Source: Callorhinchus milii
Taxonomy: Eukaryota
NCBI RefSeq assembly: GCF_018977255.1
Contig: NW_024704743.1
Span: 34,350,001-34,414,000, forward strand
DNA: 64,000 bases
Direction of reading: 5' to 3'
Part shown: piece after piece, positions 49,591 to 63,965 of the stretch
Position numbering within the stretch: the stretch's first letter is position 1
How the letters are laid out: each line of letters starts with the position of its first letter
Program-made: the position numbers and the translations under genes
Notes under the pieces: model-generated
Databases searched by the model: none
What the model saw: the letters and a program-made list of their open reading frames with translations, nothing else
Told to the model about the DNA's origin: nothing

Positions 49591-52500
49591 ATTATATTCT
49601 CGCAGCCATTTGTGTTAAATGATTTTTCTGGACTGCCCTCTTATTAGAGGGGTTTGAGGGCTTAGAGTGCGCAAGGTCTGCTGGCACTGATGTAACTGCA
49701 GTAACCCAAAGCAACTTTGATGGTTGACCAACTTTTCTCAGAACTGGGGGAGATTCATATTAGACTCTATGAGTTCCAAGTGCTGATATGCGGCTTGAAC
49801 ACACAATCTTCTGACTCAGAGGGAAGAGTGCTACTAACTGAGCCAGGCTGACACCCAGTTCAATACGAACAGACTGCCCCAGAAACCAGATACCAATATA
49901 AAGTAAAACCTTGAAAGATGAAGCCTGGAATGATGCTAGCTGGACGGGTACTGTGGTTTGCAGTTAGCATATTTATAGCCCTCCCACTGGACATATGCAT
50001 AACTCGACCTGTCTGGAACTGGCAGCCAAGAAATTATTCTGACTAATTGGATTTCAGGGTCATTTTCTAAATGCACTGGGGTTATTTTAGATTTAAATGT
50101 TCTGAACACATCACATATGAAGCAATGATTGAATATTTTTAATACATATGTATGTATAACTTGCCGCATTACTGCTCTTCTGATCCAACATAGAGTATTA
50201 CACAGGGAATGTTGCTCACTGCTTACATTGGATATGTTTCATTTCTTGATTTTGAGTAGGTTTAGCCATAGGTTTTGGATTGTGGTGCGATTATATGTTT
50301 GCTTTTAATCATTCTCGGGTATCATGAGTAAATTTACATTTCACATACAATAACTGCTGCAAATCTGTAATAAACCCCAAAAGTTTGGGAAATGCGGATT
50401 AGTGAAAGGGAGACAGGATAGGTTTTAGGTGAGACATTTCATCAAAACTGAAATGATGGTCTAGAGGTGGAATGAAGAGGGACCAGACAAATGATCACTT
50501 GGTAATCTGTCCTATTTCAGGAAGTGAAATATTACAAATATATAAATTCACTGCATGAACAGTCACTATGAACATAAAGCATACAATCCAGTAAATGTAA
50601 GATCTGATCCATAAATACAGCAAATATATTAATATAGAAAATATATAAATTCAGTGAATGTATAAAATCCTTTAAATTGAAAAATTCAACATAAAATTAA
50701 GTATATTTAAATTTGAGTGAATTTATATATCACATAATTTTTTTACATTCAGTGCCATTATAAAATGCAACAATAACAACTTGCATTTAAATAGTCCCCT
50801 TCACATGGCACAGTGTCTTGGAGTGCAAAGTGAATATTTTGCAATGTCTTTCCTCCTTTTAAAGTTTGCATGCAATTCATTATAAGAAAGTTGCGGGTTC
50901 AAGTTCTACATCAGAACTCTGAGCTCACACTCTAAGCTGATTATGTGCAGCGCTGGGAGTGTGTGCATTGTCTTTCAGATGAGATGTTAAGCCAAGGTAC
51001 TGTTCATGGATGGATGGTAAAGATCTCATGGTATAGTTGAAAAGAGAAGAGAGTATCTCCCGCGGTGTCCTGGCCAACAATTCCCCAGATAAAAATTTGG
51101 TCATTCACTTCATTAATTAATTAATGGGACATTACTGCACGCAAATTGGCTGTGGCGTTCGCCTAGAAATACACAGTCACTAAACTTTAAAGTAATTCCT
51201 GTGAAGCGATTTGAGACATCTAGACCAAGTGCTATATCAATTGCATGGATTTTTATTATCATGTAAGTAGACTTTTGTCTCTCGTGAACCAGACCTTTTT
51301 TCTCGTGAAAGCACACTTGCTGTTTTCAGTAATGTTGCCTTTCAAAATCAATAGCTGGCTCTCTATATGGTGGGAAGTGCAAAATTTTCAAACAATTCCA
51401 TTAGAAAGCCCAAGATAAAAGGTAACTCTGCTTCAGCAATACATCATATTGGAGTTCCTACTAGTTGATGTCCCATTACAATTTTTTCATTTCGACCCCT
51501 ATATTTAATTTATTCCGTAATCTAACATTCTAAACTTCCAGTTTTGTTTGGAACACATACTGACACAGGCATTTACCAATTATATCAATATAAATTTACT
51601 TACAGGATAGAGCAATTAGATAATGATAGACAGGAATATATAGAGTCAAAATGCCATCAATAGTAATCCTTATATTCGATACAGGGTTTTTCACAATAAG
51701 AGTAAGTCTCAAAGGATATGCTGTAAAGTGGAGGGATGGTGTGGTTTGTGTGTGGTTACCGCAGCCAACTTGCACGCAGAAATGTCCAATAAACAACCAT
51801 GAAGTAAATGGCCAAAAGGATCAAAGGGGATAAAAATCAGAGAAAGTTAAATGAGGGAATATACAGTCCAAAAATATTCCACAAATCTATAAATTCTGAA
51901 TATGTAAAACAGCCATGTAGGGTTGTGGACTGTTGATTAAATGTTTATTATTGACTAGCATCAAATAATTTATGCATAGGAAATTAAACTAATTTCATAT
52001 TTCACAATACCCAAAATAGTTCAGCTGATGATTTCAAAATAAAACATTCAGATCATTTGTCTCATTTCCAGCTGGAATTTCTACCACTGAGGCCCACTGG
52101 TACTGCAAATAAAATGACACTTTAAAACTGTCAGCTTGTGCAAGAAATATCAATGAGAGTGTCTCTGTTACTCATAGAAAGAAGAACTTGCAGTTATTCT
52201 AGCATCTTATTGCATCAAAATGCTTTACAGATAATTGCTGTCAAGTGTAGTGACTGTTTTGTAAGCAAACACGATGCACATCAAGGTCACACACAATTGC
52301 CATGAGGTTAGTGTTTAATTTATCTGATGGACTATTGGTCAAGACACCAGAAGAAGCTCCCCTCTCTTTCCAAGGGCTGTCACTCAGGCGTTCATATTTA
52401 TCTGAAAACAGGGAGACAAGACCTCAATTTAGCATCTTATCCAAAATATGACATCTCTGATAATACAACCCTCCCAAAACGAATTAACAAGCTCAAGTTT

Positions 52501-54983
52501 CAACATTGATATTGAACCTACAACCTTCTGATCCAGAGGTAAGAGTGTTACCAAGTGACCAAAGATAAGTGATGAATAATAGCACAACCATACTGATGTT
52601 GTTATAATTTTCAAAGTACAACGTAACTGGAATAACTAAGAACAATAATAATTTGGGGGCTGGATCTGCCCACAATTTAAAAAATACAACTCCTAATGCT
52701 CCCCATTCTGCACCTAGAGTTCATATTACAGGATCCTCCCCACTCCCCGTCCATCCAGCATTCTACACTGAGCGCTCACATTACTTGTTCAGCAGCTGCT
52801 CACCGACATCAAGCAGGAAGATAATTAACTGCTTGCCTTCATGCTTACGTTAGCTTGAATAAATGGAAAGTTTTTTCTTTTGCTTAAATAATTTGTGAAA
52901 TTCTCAATTTCTATCATTTGATAACGAGTTAACTTCAGGACAGATACCAGGAGGCATTATTTTTTACAGAGGGTAATTAATACCTGGAACAGGATACCAG
53001 GAAGAGTGGTGGAAGCCTGGTCACTGGACTCCTTTAAGAAACAGTCTGATGTTGCTATGTGAAGTGGATAGTATGGAGATGTGATCAAGTGGGCTGAAGG
53101 ATATTTACATTCAAATTTGAATAAGATGTTAAACTAAAGTTCCGTCTGGCTGTTCAGGTGGATGTTAAAAATCCCATGGCGTTACTCGAAAAGAGAAGGG
53201 AATTTCACTGTGTTTTGCCAAAAATCCCTCCAATAAAATTCATGACTGTTTATGGGACATTGCTGTGCACAAATTGCCTGTTGCGTTCTTCCATAAAATA
53301 CACACCACTTCATAATATATTCTGTGAAGCGCTTTGAGACGTCACAACAAAGTGTTAAGGAGCTATGTCAAATGCAAGGATTATTATTATTTATTTCTCT
53401 CTCATATTTCCTACTTTTCATGTAACCTTCAGGTAAATCTTTCTAAAGCAGCCTTTGTTTAGTGTGACTCACACCGTTTAATATTAATCTGCAATGGGAG
53501 GAAGAAGAAATTGCTAATTAATGAAGGCACGCTTCACTGACTGTGTAACCGTTCATATTTCTTTGGACAGAATGAGGCGGATTTCCTTTGATTTTAAAAT
53601 ATATGCAAGCATCAGGTGTCAATTTGTACAAATATTCAAAGGTTTCTAAAGTAGATTAAATTAAATTGCATCAACAGGTGGGTGACAGATTGTGGCAAAG
53701 TGCCCAAAATTTGCAGAGTGTGTGTCCTTGTGTCACTGGAGTCTGAAGATTGCTATCTCCCTGCGATAGCTTGCAGGCAGATTTAGGTTATGGTTAATAG
53801 TAGAAGGTCCAAACTACAACTGAGACTGCCCTGAGTTCTACTTATGCTCAATTATAAATTAATATGACAACATTTAAAAGGTTTAGTTCTGGAGGTAACT
53901 GAAAACCATAAAATCCCCAAATTAGATCAAAATGATTAGATTTCATATTTTTCAGGGTAAATATAACAAAACACAATGATCCCCTGTCCTGAACCAGCTG
54001 AGTTAGCTACATGGCACAGTGGGAAAGTCATTTAAAATAGACGTTATAAGGTGCTATATCAAATGCAAGGATTATTTATCATTATGATTATTATATAGCG
54101 TCTTATCACGTCGTTGAGCTGTCTCAAACAGCTCGAAAAGTGGATTGACTATATTTTGCGGGCGAAAATAAGTAAAGTGATAGTTCACTACCCCTTTTGG
54201 TTATGCAGTTGTACAATTTAATATTGCAAGTGCGATGACATTGTCTTTTGAAAACGTGTATATTTATGTAAAATCTTTGATTAGATTTTTTTAAAAAAAT
54301 TGTACCAATCTATCAAAGGATCTTATTGCCTACCGTAGTGCTTTGTAGACTGGCACAGGGCAGTCTAACACAGATACAGACACTTGTCTTGGTGTGTCTT
54401 GGGGTGTGTGTGTGTGGGTGTGTTATAAATAGCATAATTTCGCTGAAAGCTGCTGCCGCAGTCTCTGTCGGTGCTGCACTTGAGAGGTGAGATGTACACA
54501 TACTCTCCTTTGCCCTGAGCCTTGTGAGGGAGTCACAGTGCTCTGGTATGTGGGTGGGAGCCACTCTCCTTCCCTTGACTTGCTGTGAGCCAACTCCCAA
54601 CTCAAGAGTTGCTGCGGCTGACAGTCAGACAGTCAGTCAGACAGACACTGAGCTGCTTCACAGTCACATCCTTCTTCATTCTGCACGGCCACTTTATGAC
54701 CCTCCCGGGAGACTTCGGTTTTTGTTTTTTAATTTTTTTTATAAAAAAAATGACTTCCGAGAGAGAAGAGCACCAAGTCACGGACAGACCCCCTGAGCTT
54801 CGTTCCTTGTTTTTGTGGCATTCCCCCCAGTTTTCAGGGGGACGGGATGATCAGCCGCTCGGCGAGGCAACCAGGGCACATGCCCCAGGTCTGACGGTGG
54901 TGGAGAGGTGCAGCGCTCAGTCAGGTAATCACACACACAGTCGTCTTAGATCTGAACGCACAGTCAACCCCCACCATTCACTG

Positions 54984-55040
54984 ACACACACACACACACA
55001 CACACACACACCACCACCACCACACACACCACCACCACCT
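54984..55040. repeat. (CA)n/(CCA)n microsatellite
   Basis: Direct read. Confidence 0.9.
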
Positions 55041-55301
55041 TCACCCGAACACATAGGTCACACTGAGCAGCATCAAGAAAATCGTTGCCTCAGGTCAGTG
55101 ATAAGGTAAAGGCGGGGGGGAGAGGTCTCGAAAATAGAAGGGCAAGGAGTTGATTTTGTGCAGATCAGATGTTCTACCTACATGGATGCAACCTATTTTA
55201 GCCCAGTGATCTTAATGGTGGTCCCATGTCTTTCTGTCATCGTGGCATCGACATACAGTTCCTGGCAAGAGCCCAGTTTCCAAATGTTAGTGTGACATTT
55301 G

Positions 55302-55621
55302 AATAATAATAATAATAATCCTTACATTTGATATAGCGCTTTTCACGTCTTCTAGACGTCCCAAAGCGCTTCACAGAATATACTGTAAAGTGAATTGACT
55401 ATATTTGTGGGCGAACGCGGCAACCAATTGCGCACAGCAGTGTCCCACAAAAACAGTCATGGATTGAAACTGACCAATTTATTATTGTTTTGTTTTGGAG
55501 GGATTATTATTAGCGTGTGGAGTAAGGAAACTTGCCTAAGGTTTCGCCCTCTGCCTGGAATTGAACTCAGGTCTCTCACTTGCAAAGCGAGTGCTCTAAC
55601 CACTGAGCTACAGGACTCCAC
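55302..55621 (-). mobile_element. tRNA-Ala SINE, short subfamily
   Basis: Full head and (ATT)n tail. Confidence 0.92.
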
Positions 55622-57394
55622 TTCCACAGTATTTACTAAACACAGGAATGGAGAGTGCTGTAAGATCTTACATCTGCATTACTTTGCTTGTGTAAGATTC
55701 AATTAATTTGAACACTGGAGTTCTGTCTAGTGAGGTCTTTGGTTTTCAGTAATCTTGGCGTTTGAGCCATTATCTTAAGCACAATAAAGCTCATCAAACA
55801 GTAACAAGCTTCAAGGTCAGCTACTGTTTTCAAATTAACCTGCTTTTAACATGCTGGTTTCTGGCTATTAAGAATCCACAGGTGGGGGGAGGAAGAAGTC
55901 ATGAATATACAGAACAATGCAAGTTGTTTATGCTTAACCCTCCCAAAGACTGCGGTATCCATTCTGAAACATCAAACCAAGAGTAAACCTGCCACATTGG
56001 CCTGTTGCAGTATATGTTGTCTTGATGAACTTATGTTCTGCAGTGTCGGAAATTTTCCGAAACACTAAATTTGCAGAACATAATATTTGCAGATGTTGTC
56101 CTGAACCGTGTGAATTTGGAAAGTTTGCATGGCATTCAAAGGGTTAAATAACTCAACACTTAAGGGTCTTTTCATCCACAGAACACCATTCATCCCCTTT
56201 GTTCAATGAAAGTTTCTTTATCATATTAGGACCATGTGTGAAAGCTTTCTAAGGTTTTGAATGAAAATTAGGATATCAAGACCTTGTCTGCTCAAGAGCT
56301 AAACTGCCAAGCATGAGTAAGAAGGAAGATACCAGACAGGCCAAACAAAAGACAAGACAGACATAAACAGTATGTCTATCACTTACTTGTCTCACAATAG
56401 AAATCTAGGATGAATAACTGTTCTGAAACATGGCGTCAAGCCTGATTTCTGCTCTCTGAAGCAGACTGCAGCCATCAATCACACAGCCTGTTCGTTTGCA
56501 TTGTGCTTGGGCAAAGTGAAAAATTGAATGAGTATTAAAGCTGCAAAGAAAAAGTGTGTTTCCAATTCATGGGCTTATTTAGAAGATTGTTGTAACTTGA
56601 GATCATAGTCAACACTGATACTCCAGTAAAAAATACTTGGGATTGTTGTAGTGCTGGAGGTGCTATCCTTCAAATGAGACTGAGTTCCCATTTGACTGTT
56701 AAGGTAGACATTAATAATTAAGGATCATGGTACTATTCAAAAAGAGAAGAGAATTTTCCCAGTCCCAGTCCTGACTAAGAATCTTCTTGGCAATGAATTA
56801 GTGAATCTTCCGTGGTTGTTTGTGGTACATTAGCTGCCATGTTTGAATACAAAAGATTATACCTGACAGTAATTATCTGTGAGCTGTTTGGAGACATTTT
56901 GATGTTATAGTTGCTGGGTGATACGTGAGGATTATTATTAATATTATTTTTATTATTATTACCTGACCTGTGGTGATGCTGGAAGCTGATGCTCTGTGTA
57001 CCTGAAATAAAAAAATATTTCCCAGCACTAACAACCCTTATCTTGACAATTGAACATTCACTGGAAAACAGTCCATCGATTGTGTAATTAGTAAGTTACT
57101 ACAGAACTAAAATGTATATTTTTGAAATATCGCAAGCTGGTGCTGACAACTACTGATCAGCGTGATAAAGTACTATTTGCAAAAGCTGAATGAGACATTT
57201 TTTTACAAAAAAATTAGGTTCTTCTTTCTCGTTTCATTTACATGCCATTTGAATACGAAATTCAAGGGTATGTGAATGAATGAAATTAGTTGAGTTCAGA
57301 TCACTAGCAGCCATATTCAAGCTCTGGTCAGGCACATAGAGAATACTGTGTATATAATAGCCCCTTAAACGTACCTGGCTCAAATCTGATCTAA

Positions 57395-59485
57395 CAGTCC
57401 ACCGGCAGATCTGGCTGGACTCCATCAAAACGTACTGCTCCGCCCTCGCTACCACCAAATCATCCTTCTATTCAAAGATAATCTTGGAGGTGAAGGACAA
57501 CCCCAGGCTTCTATTCTGCACCACCACCATGGATGCTCCTCCATCCACCCTCTCACACCTCGCCCATTCTCTCCTCAAACTCTGACTGTGAGAAGATGCT
57601 AAATTTCCTCGAGTCCAAAATGGAGGAGATCCAATCAGCTGCCTACGCCCTCCCGCCCACCACTCCCTCCCCAATCTCGCCATCGACGCTCTGACCCCTA
57701 CCCATCCCCTCTGCCACATCTTTGAAGCTGTCCCTCTCATCACCATCTCTCTCTCATCACCACCAGCATGAAACACACCACCTGCTCACTTGACCCCATC
57801 CCCACCCCTCTCCTTACCGCCCAGCTCCACCTCCTGCCCCTCTACTCTCCAACACCATCAATCTCTCCCTAACATCTGGCACCATTCCCAAACCCCTAAA
57901 AACAACTATGATCATCCCCACCCTGAAAAAATCTTCTCTGACCCATCCCTGCTTTCTAACTACCGGCTCATCTCCAATCTCCCTTTTCTTTAGAAGGTCC
58001 TTGAAAGAGTCTTTGCTTCCCAGCTTCGCTCCTTCCTCTCCTACCACTCCCTTTATGAGCCCCTCCAATTGGGTTTCCATGCTGCTCACAGCATGGAAAC
58101 TGCTCTGGTCAAGGTGACAAACGACATCCTGTCCATCTGTGACCAGCGCTCCCACTGCCTCCTCATCCTCCTCGACCTCTCTGCTGCCTTCGATACCGTG
58201 GATCACTCCAGCCTCCTCCACCGCCTCTCCTCTCATCTGTCCTTGAATGGTTCAGGTCTTATCTCTCACATCGTCTCCAATCTGTCTCCGCCAACAGTTT
58301 TTCTTCCAGCCTCTGTACAGTCTCATGCGGTGTTCCTCAGGGATCTGTTATCAGTCCCCTCCTCTTCAACCTCTACATGCTCCCCCTTGGTGACATCATC
58401 CGCAGACATGGGATCAACTTACACATGTACGCGGATGACACTCAACTCTATTTCTCTGGCCCCACCCTCGATTCCAGGACAATTGACATTCTGACAGACT
58501 GTCTGTCAGACATAAAGTCCTGGATAAGAGCCAACTTTCTACAGCTGAATGTCAACAAGACTGAGGCCGTCCTGATTGGCTCCCTCCCTTCCCTCCCATC
58601 ACCCTGACCATTTCCCCCCTGCTCGGGTCCTGACCCAACTGTCCAGCGCCTTGGGACGTCCTCCCGACATAAAAGGCGCTCTATAAGTGGAATCTTGTTG
58701 TTGTTGTTGTTGTCTGTGCCTCAGCACCTCAGGCACTAGCAGCATCACCATCCAGGAATGCACACTCCACTTCACCAGGCCAGTCAGGAACCTGGGCATC
58801 TTGTACTTCCCTCAACTGTCCTTACTCACCCATACCCATACCATGACCCGCTCTGCCTTCCCCCACCTATGCAACATTGCCAGACTCCACCACTGCCTCA
58901 CCCCTCATACACGTATTACCTCAAGGCTCGACTATGTAAACACCCTCCTTGTCAGCCTCCCCAACTCTTCCTAACACAAGTTACAGATCATCCAGAACTC
59001 TGCAGCTCATGTCCTCTTCCACACCAGGCTGCGTGACCCCATCATCCCCACCCTTGCCCGGCTCCACTGGCTCCCCATCTCCCAGAGGACAGAATTCAAA
59101 ATCCTTGTCCTCATTTTCAATGCCCTCCACAGCCTTGGCACCTCCTACCTCTCTGACCTGCTAACCCCTTATCAACCTGTTCGCTCCCACCATTCAGCAG
59201 GCTTTGGCCAGTTCCATATCTCCCGCCGAACTATCGGCGGCTGGGCTTTCATCCTCTCTGCCCCCACCCTTGTAACTCCATCCCACAATCCCTTCATCTT
59301 GCTCCCTGCCTTGCATCCTTCAAGGCATGACTGAAAGCCCCCCCTTTTCAAACTTGCTTCCAACTACCCACCTACCTCATCCCAACTCTGGCCCTCCACG
59401 ATCAGGTCCGGATCCCTGACGGTTCAGCAGCTTGGGACGTCCTCCCGATGTGAAGGATGCTTTACCAATGTAATTTTGTTGTTAT
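57395..59485 (+). mobile_element. L2 LINE, 5'-truncated, degraded ORF2, with a younger L2 3' tail nested at ~58581-58712
   Basis: HSMETALVKVTNDIL...LLDLSAAFDTVDH, MYADDTQLY, SRLDY, IQNSAA, LHWLP; 3' hairpin plus (TTG)n tail. Confidence 0.93.
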
Positions 59486-59514
59486 TGCTATGTTAGTCAC
59501 CATAATATAAGGGT

Positions 59515-59955
59515 CTGTCAGGCTCCAGCGGCAGTGAAGAGGAGAGCAATGAGGATGATCCCCATTGTGAGAGGAATGAGCCAAGAGCAACAATTAAACA
59601 AGCTATGGCTTTTCACTTTTGATAAGAGACATCTCAGAAGAGGCCTTATAGAGGTACATACAATTTTAAATGCGATTGAAAAAATAAACCCAGAATACTT
59701 TTGGATGTGCCTTGACAGCAGCACAAAAAAGGGTACAGGTTTTGGATTGCAAAAGGCAGTTTCAGGTCAGATACGAGGAACTATTTCTGTACCGGATTGT
59801 ATTTAACATTTGGTATGGGTTACCCGGAAGGGTCGTTGAGGACTTATTTAAAACAGCCCTAGTGGTACAATCGGAGGAATGTAGGGTGGGGATTCTGGAT
59901 GGATGAGATCAAATGGGCCAAAGGGCTTTCTTCATGCAAACCTCTCTTGTGATCC
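59515..59955 (+). mobile_element. Old CR1 LINE 3' fragment
   Basis: RRAMRMIP...LFTFDKRHLRRGLIEVH, followed by a CR1-like 3' UTR. Confidence 0.8.
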
Positions 59956-60254
59956 TGTAATGTACTGGGGTTTATTCATAGCATTGTGAAGTGCTTATGT
60001 TTTGATTTACCGTTTTGGGCTCGGAAACAACACAAGAAAGTTCTGATCCAGATCACAGGTGTTAATGTATTTTTAATCTAAACTTTTTTTTCAATAAAAG
60101 ACTCTGAACCTCTTTCACTTATCTTCGTTCACAAGCAAGGAATACAGGAGGAATATCCTTTTTAATCCTAAACAAAGGATTGTTACATTTCAAAATGGAC
60201 CATGGACTATTTAGCCCTTTTGAAGCTAAAAGAACTAAGCATCTGATGCCATTT

Positions 60255-61272
60255 GGTTAACAATAACAATTTACATTTAAATGGTACCTTCCACATCCGG
60301 AGGATGTCTCAAAGCCCTTCACACCACTGACTGAAAGCCCAAACTGGGGGAGGAACTGAGGAGGGAAGACGAATAATGGCCAAAAGTACAGTCAAAAAGA
60401 TGGGCTTTTAGATGGATTTTGAAGATGAAGAAAGCAAAGACAAGGACAAGATGGAGGGACTTCAGGATGGAGTTCCAGAGAACAATAGCAGAGTGACTGC
60501 AGTTCGCCCACTGATGGTTAGACAGAATGGGTTGGGGCCATAAAGCAGGGCAGTGTTTGCTGAAGAGAGGAAGTGCAGTACGGTTGTAGGAGGTCATAGA
60601 GGTAGGGTGGGGTGAGGCAATGGAGGCATTTGAAAGTGAGGATGAGAATGTTAATTCAATCTTCTGTGGATGGGGAACCAGTGGAACTGAATGAGAATGG
60701 AGTTGAGTGATGGGCTCACGAGACCACTGGCTGAAGAGGTCTGTATGGTTGGTAGCTGGTATTGAGAGGAGCTGGGGAGTCCAGCAAGCAAGGTATTCAA
60801 GAATTGACCATGAAGACGTGAATGAGGGTGTTGGCAGGTTATCAGGAGCAGTAGTAGTGGTGGAAACTGGCAGTATCATGGAAATGAGGGAAAGTAGAAT
60901 GATTGAATTCTCATATTAAAAGTTTGATTGATATTTTGGGGTCAAACAAGACACTGAGGTTCCAAACCAGCACTGTGAAGTAGAGCGAGCATCTGTACAA
61001 ATCAATGTGATCAGCGCCTAGGGTGAGAAGGTGCCGTGATAAGAGCCAAACAGGAAAAGATCAGTCTTGTCAATATTGAGCTGAAAAAAGTTAGATATCT
61101 GACAAGCAATTGGTCAGAACAGCAGTGATTCTGGAAACAAGGGTGGAAGCAGAGAGGTAAAGTTAGGTATCAACCATGAATGTGTGGAAGTGAACCCCAA
61201 GCCTATGCATGGTGCCACCAAGGGGATACATATAGATGGTGAAGAGGAGGGGACCCTGGATAGAGCCCTGAT
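60255..61272 (-). mobile_element. Old L2 fragment
   Basis: Reverse tail at ~60255; remnant of the PQGS/RT region at ~61200-61270. Confidence 0.72.
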
Positions 61273-61914
61273 AATCACTTGGCTTTACAGTAGTGCTCCA
61301 CAAGCTTTATAATTCTACAATAGATTGCACACTCATTACATAATGAAAACAAAGCTGACATTAATAATGAGGAGACTTCACACTGCTGCACAATACATTT
61401 AATCAGACATGTATTATTGAAAGTCTATGCTTGCCGAGGCTGACTCATGCTCTGATGTGAGTTACTATTGCATATGCATAAGTCCAAGCTGTACTCTTTA
61501 ATTAGTACATTCTCTTGACGGGACATTATTACCCATTTATTCCTTATTACATATCACGTACCACAACTACAATATCCCAGGTTGACCAACTCATCATCAA
61601 CTCCAGGTGGTAAGAGAATTCTCTGATCACCAGTAAATGTGCCAATGATGGTTTTAGCATCACTGGCAATGACTGTGCTTTCGATCACCCTCCTTCCTCC
61701 TCGCCCTCCACCCTCCCAAATCGCGTTCCCCAGCTCGGGTCTGAAACACTGACTGTCCAGTGCCTTGGGACGTCCTCCCCACGTGAAAGACGCTATACAA
61801 ATGTAATTTTGTTGTTGTTAGCATGTAGGACAATTTTATCTTAAAATATATCTGTCAGAATCGTGGAAAATTCTTAAATTGGAAGCTTCTACTTTAAAGA
61901 AATGTTTATTATTA

Positions 61915-62445
61915 ACTTCACACTTCCCCATGTTATACTCCATCTGCACCTTCTTGCCCACTCACCTAGGCTGTCTATTTCCCTTTGCATTCTTTGTGTG
62001 TCATCCTTACAGCTTACTCTCCCACCTATCTTCGTATTGTCTACGAATTTAGATATGTTAAGTTCTATTTCCTCATCTAAGTCATTTATAGAGACTGTAA
62101 GTAATTGAGGCCCAAACACTGATCCTTGTGGCACTCCGCTAGTCACATCCTGCCAATCTGAGAAGGAGCTGTTTATCCCTATTCTCTGTTTTCTTCCTGT
62201 TAGCCACTCTCCAATCCATGCTAATATATTACCTTTAACTCCATGGGCATTAATCTTGTGCAACGGCCTTTTATGTGGCACCTTGTCGAATGCCTTCCGG
62301 AAATCCAAATACACCACATCGACTGGTTCCCCCCTATCTAACCTGCTAGTTACATGATCAAGAAACTCTAAAAGATTTGTTAAACATGATTTCCCTTTTG
62401 TAAAGTCATGTTGACTCTGCTAATCATGTTATGATTTTCTAAGTG
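61915..62445 (-). mobile_element. CR1 LINE RT fragment
   Basis: VYLDFRKAFDKVPH...SGVPQGSVFGP...KFVDNTKIG. Confidence 0.9.
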
Positions 62446-62647
62446 TTCAGCTGTCAATGTTGGTAACTTCTCTGATGATGGGAGACTAAGTCATCTCAAA
62501 GTGCTTCACAGGATATTCTGTAAAGTGATGTGACTGTATGTATTTTAGGGGCAAATGTGTTAAACAATTTGGCACAGCAATGATCCACAAATAGCCATGG
62601 AGTGAGTGATCAATTTTATTTGGGGGATTGATGGCCTGGACTTTTTG

Positions 62648-63160
62648 AACAACAACAACTTGCATTTATATAGTGCCCTTCACACGGGGTAGCAGCCAGG
62701 GGCATTTCACATTGGTGGAGTCTGACAACGAACCAGGGGGAGAGGGAGGGGGAGGTGACCATAAGCACGATCAAAAAGGAAGGTCCGCAGGTGGGATTTG
62801 TAGGTGGGGAGGGAGGGGGCAAGGCGGAGGGATTGAGGGAGAGAGTTCCAGAGTTTCGGGCATAGTGGCTGAAAGCGCAGCCACCAATGATGGAACGGAG
62901 GGCACAAAGGACAATTAGAAGGCCAGAGCCAACTGAGCGGAATCAGTGGGTGGTGGTGTGGGGTAAGCAGGTCGGATAGGTAGGGAGATATGAGGGCATT
63001 AAGTGACTTGAAAACGAGTGAGAGGATCTTGAAATCGATCCATTCAGTAATTGGAAACTGGTGTGATCAGGGTGGTGTGGGTGAGTATCTGGGCAGCTGA
63101 ATTAATTGAATTTTGTATATGGTGGAGCTGGGGAAACCAGCGAGGAGGGCATTGGAATCG
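62648..63160 (-). mobile_element. L2 3' fragment
   Basis: Reverse (TTG)n tail and LWNSLPQSLRLAPS region. Confidence 0.8.
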
Positions 63161-63162
63161 TC

Positions 63163-63461
63163 TTTGGCAAGTTTCCTTACTCCACACGCCTCTGTTTACC
63201 GAGCAGTAAGTAGAAACCCGGTTGTTAGTCGATTGCCAAATCGCTTTTCCGAGGGTAATAATCCCTTCAAATAATTAATATATAAATAATAATTCGGTGA
63301 CTCAATCTACGACTGTTTTGGGACACTGTGACCGACAAAATATACAGTCATATTACAGATTACAGATAAATCAAATTTACAGCTTATTCTATGAAGTTCT
63401 TTGAGGTGTTTCAATGAAATGATACGTTGCTATATCAAATGCAAGGATTATTATTATTATT
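63163..63461 (+). mobile_element. tRNA-Ala SINE, 5'-truncated
   Basis: TTGGCAAGTTTCCTTACTCCACACGCC...(ATT)n. Confidence 0.85.
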
Positions 63462-63702
63462 AATTACAGCAAGAGAAGGTTCAATGAATGAGGATACAGG
63501 GAGGAGTATGAGAGTGTGAGATACATTTAGGTTTTGGAATGTGCTGTAAAGTTAATACACTGGATATTTGGAGAATGTACAGCAGCAAACATCCATAGAT
63601 GAATGACTAAATGACGAGGAGATTATGTATTTATTCAGAGCTGCAATACGTCACTTTTTGTGTGTCAGAGTTCACTGGAGTTTCATTATTTCAGCTCTCC
63701 AA

Positions 63703-63965
63703 GACAACAACAACAACAACTTTGATGTATATAGTGCTCTCCACGCCAGATGGCATCTCAGAGTGTTTTATAGTAACGGATCCCGGGGCTGAGCCAGGGG
63801 GAGGGGGGGAAGATGACCAAAGGCGCGGTCGAAGAGAAAGGTCTTCAGCCGAGACCTGAAAATAGGAAGAGAGGGAGCGAGGTGAAGGGAGTGAGGATGG
63901 TAGTTCCAGAGCCTCGGGGTATAGTGGCTGAAGGCACGGCCGCCGAGGTTGGGGCGGAGGACGTA
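63703..63965 (-). mobile_element. L2 3' fragment
   Basis: GGRAFSHYTPRLWN...FRSRLKTFLFD and tail. Confidence 0.8.
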
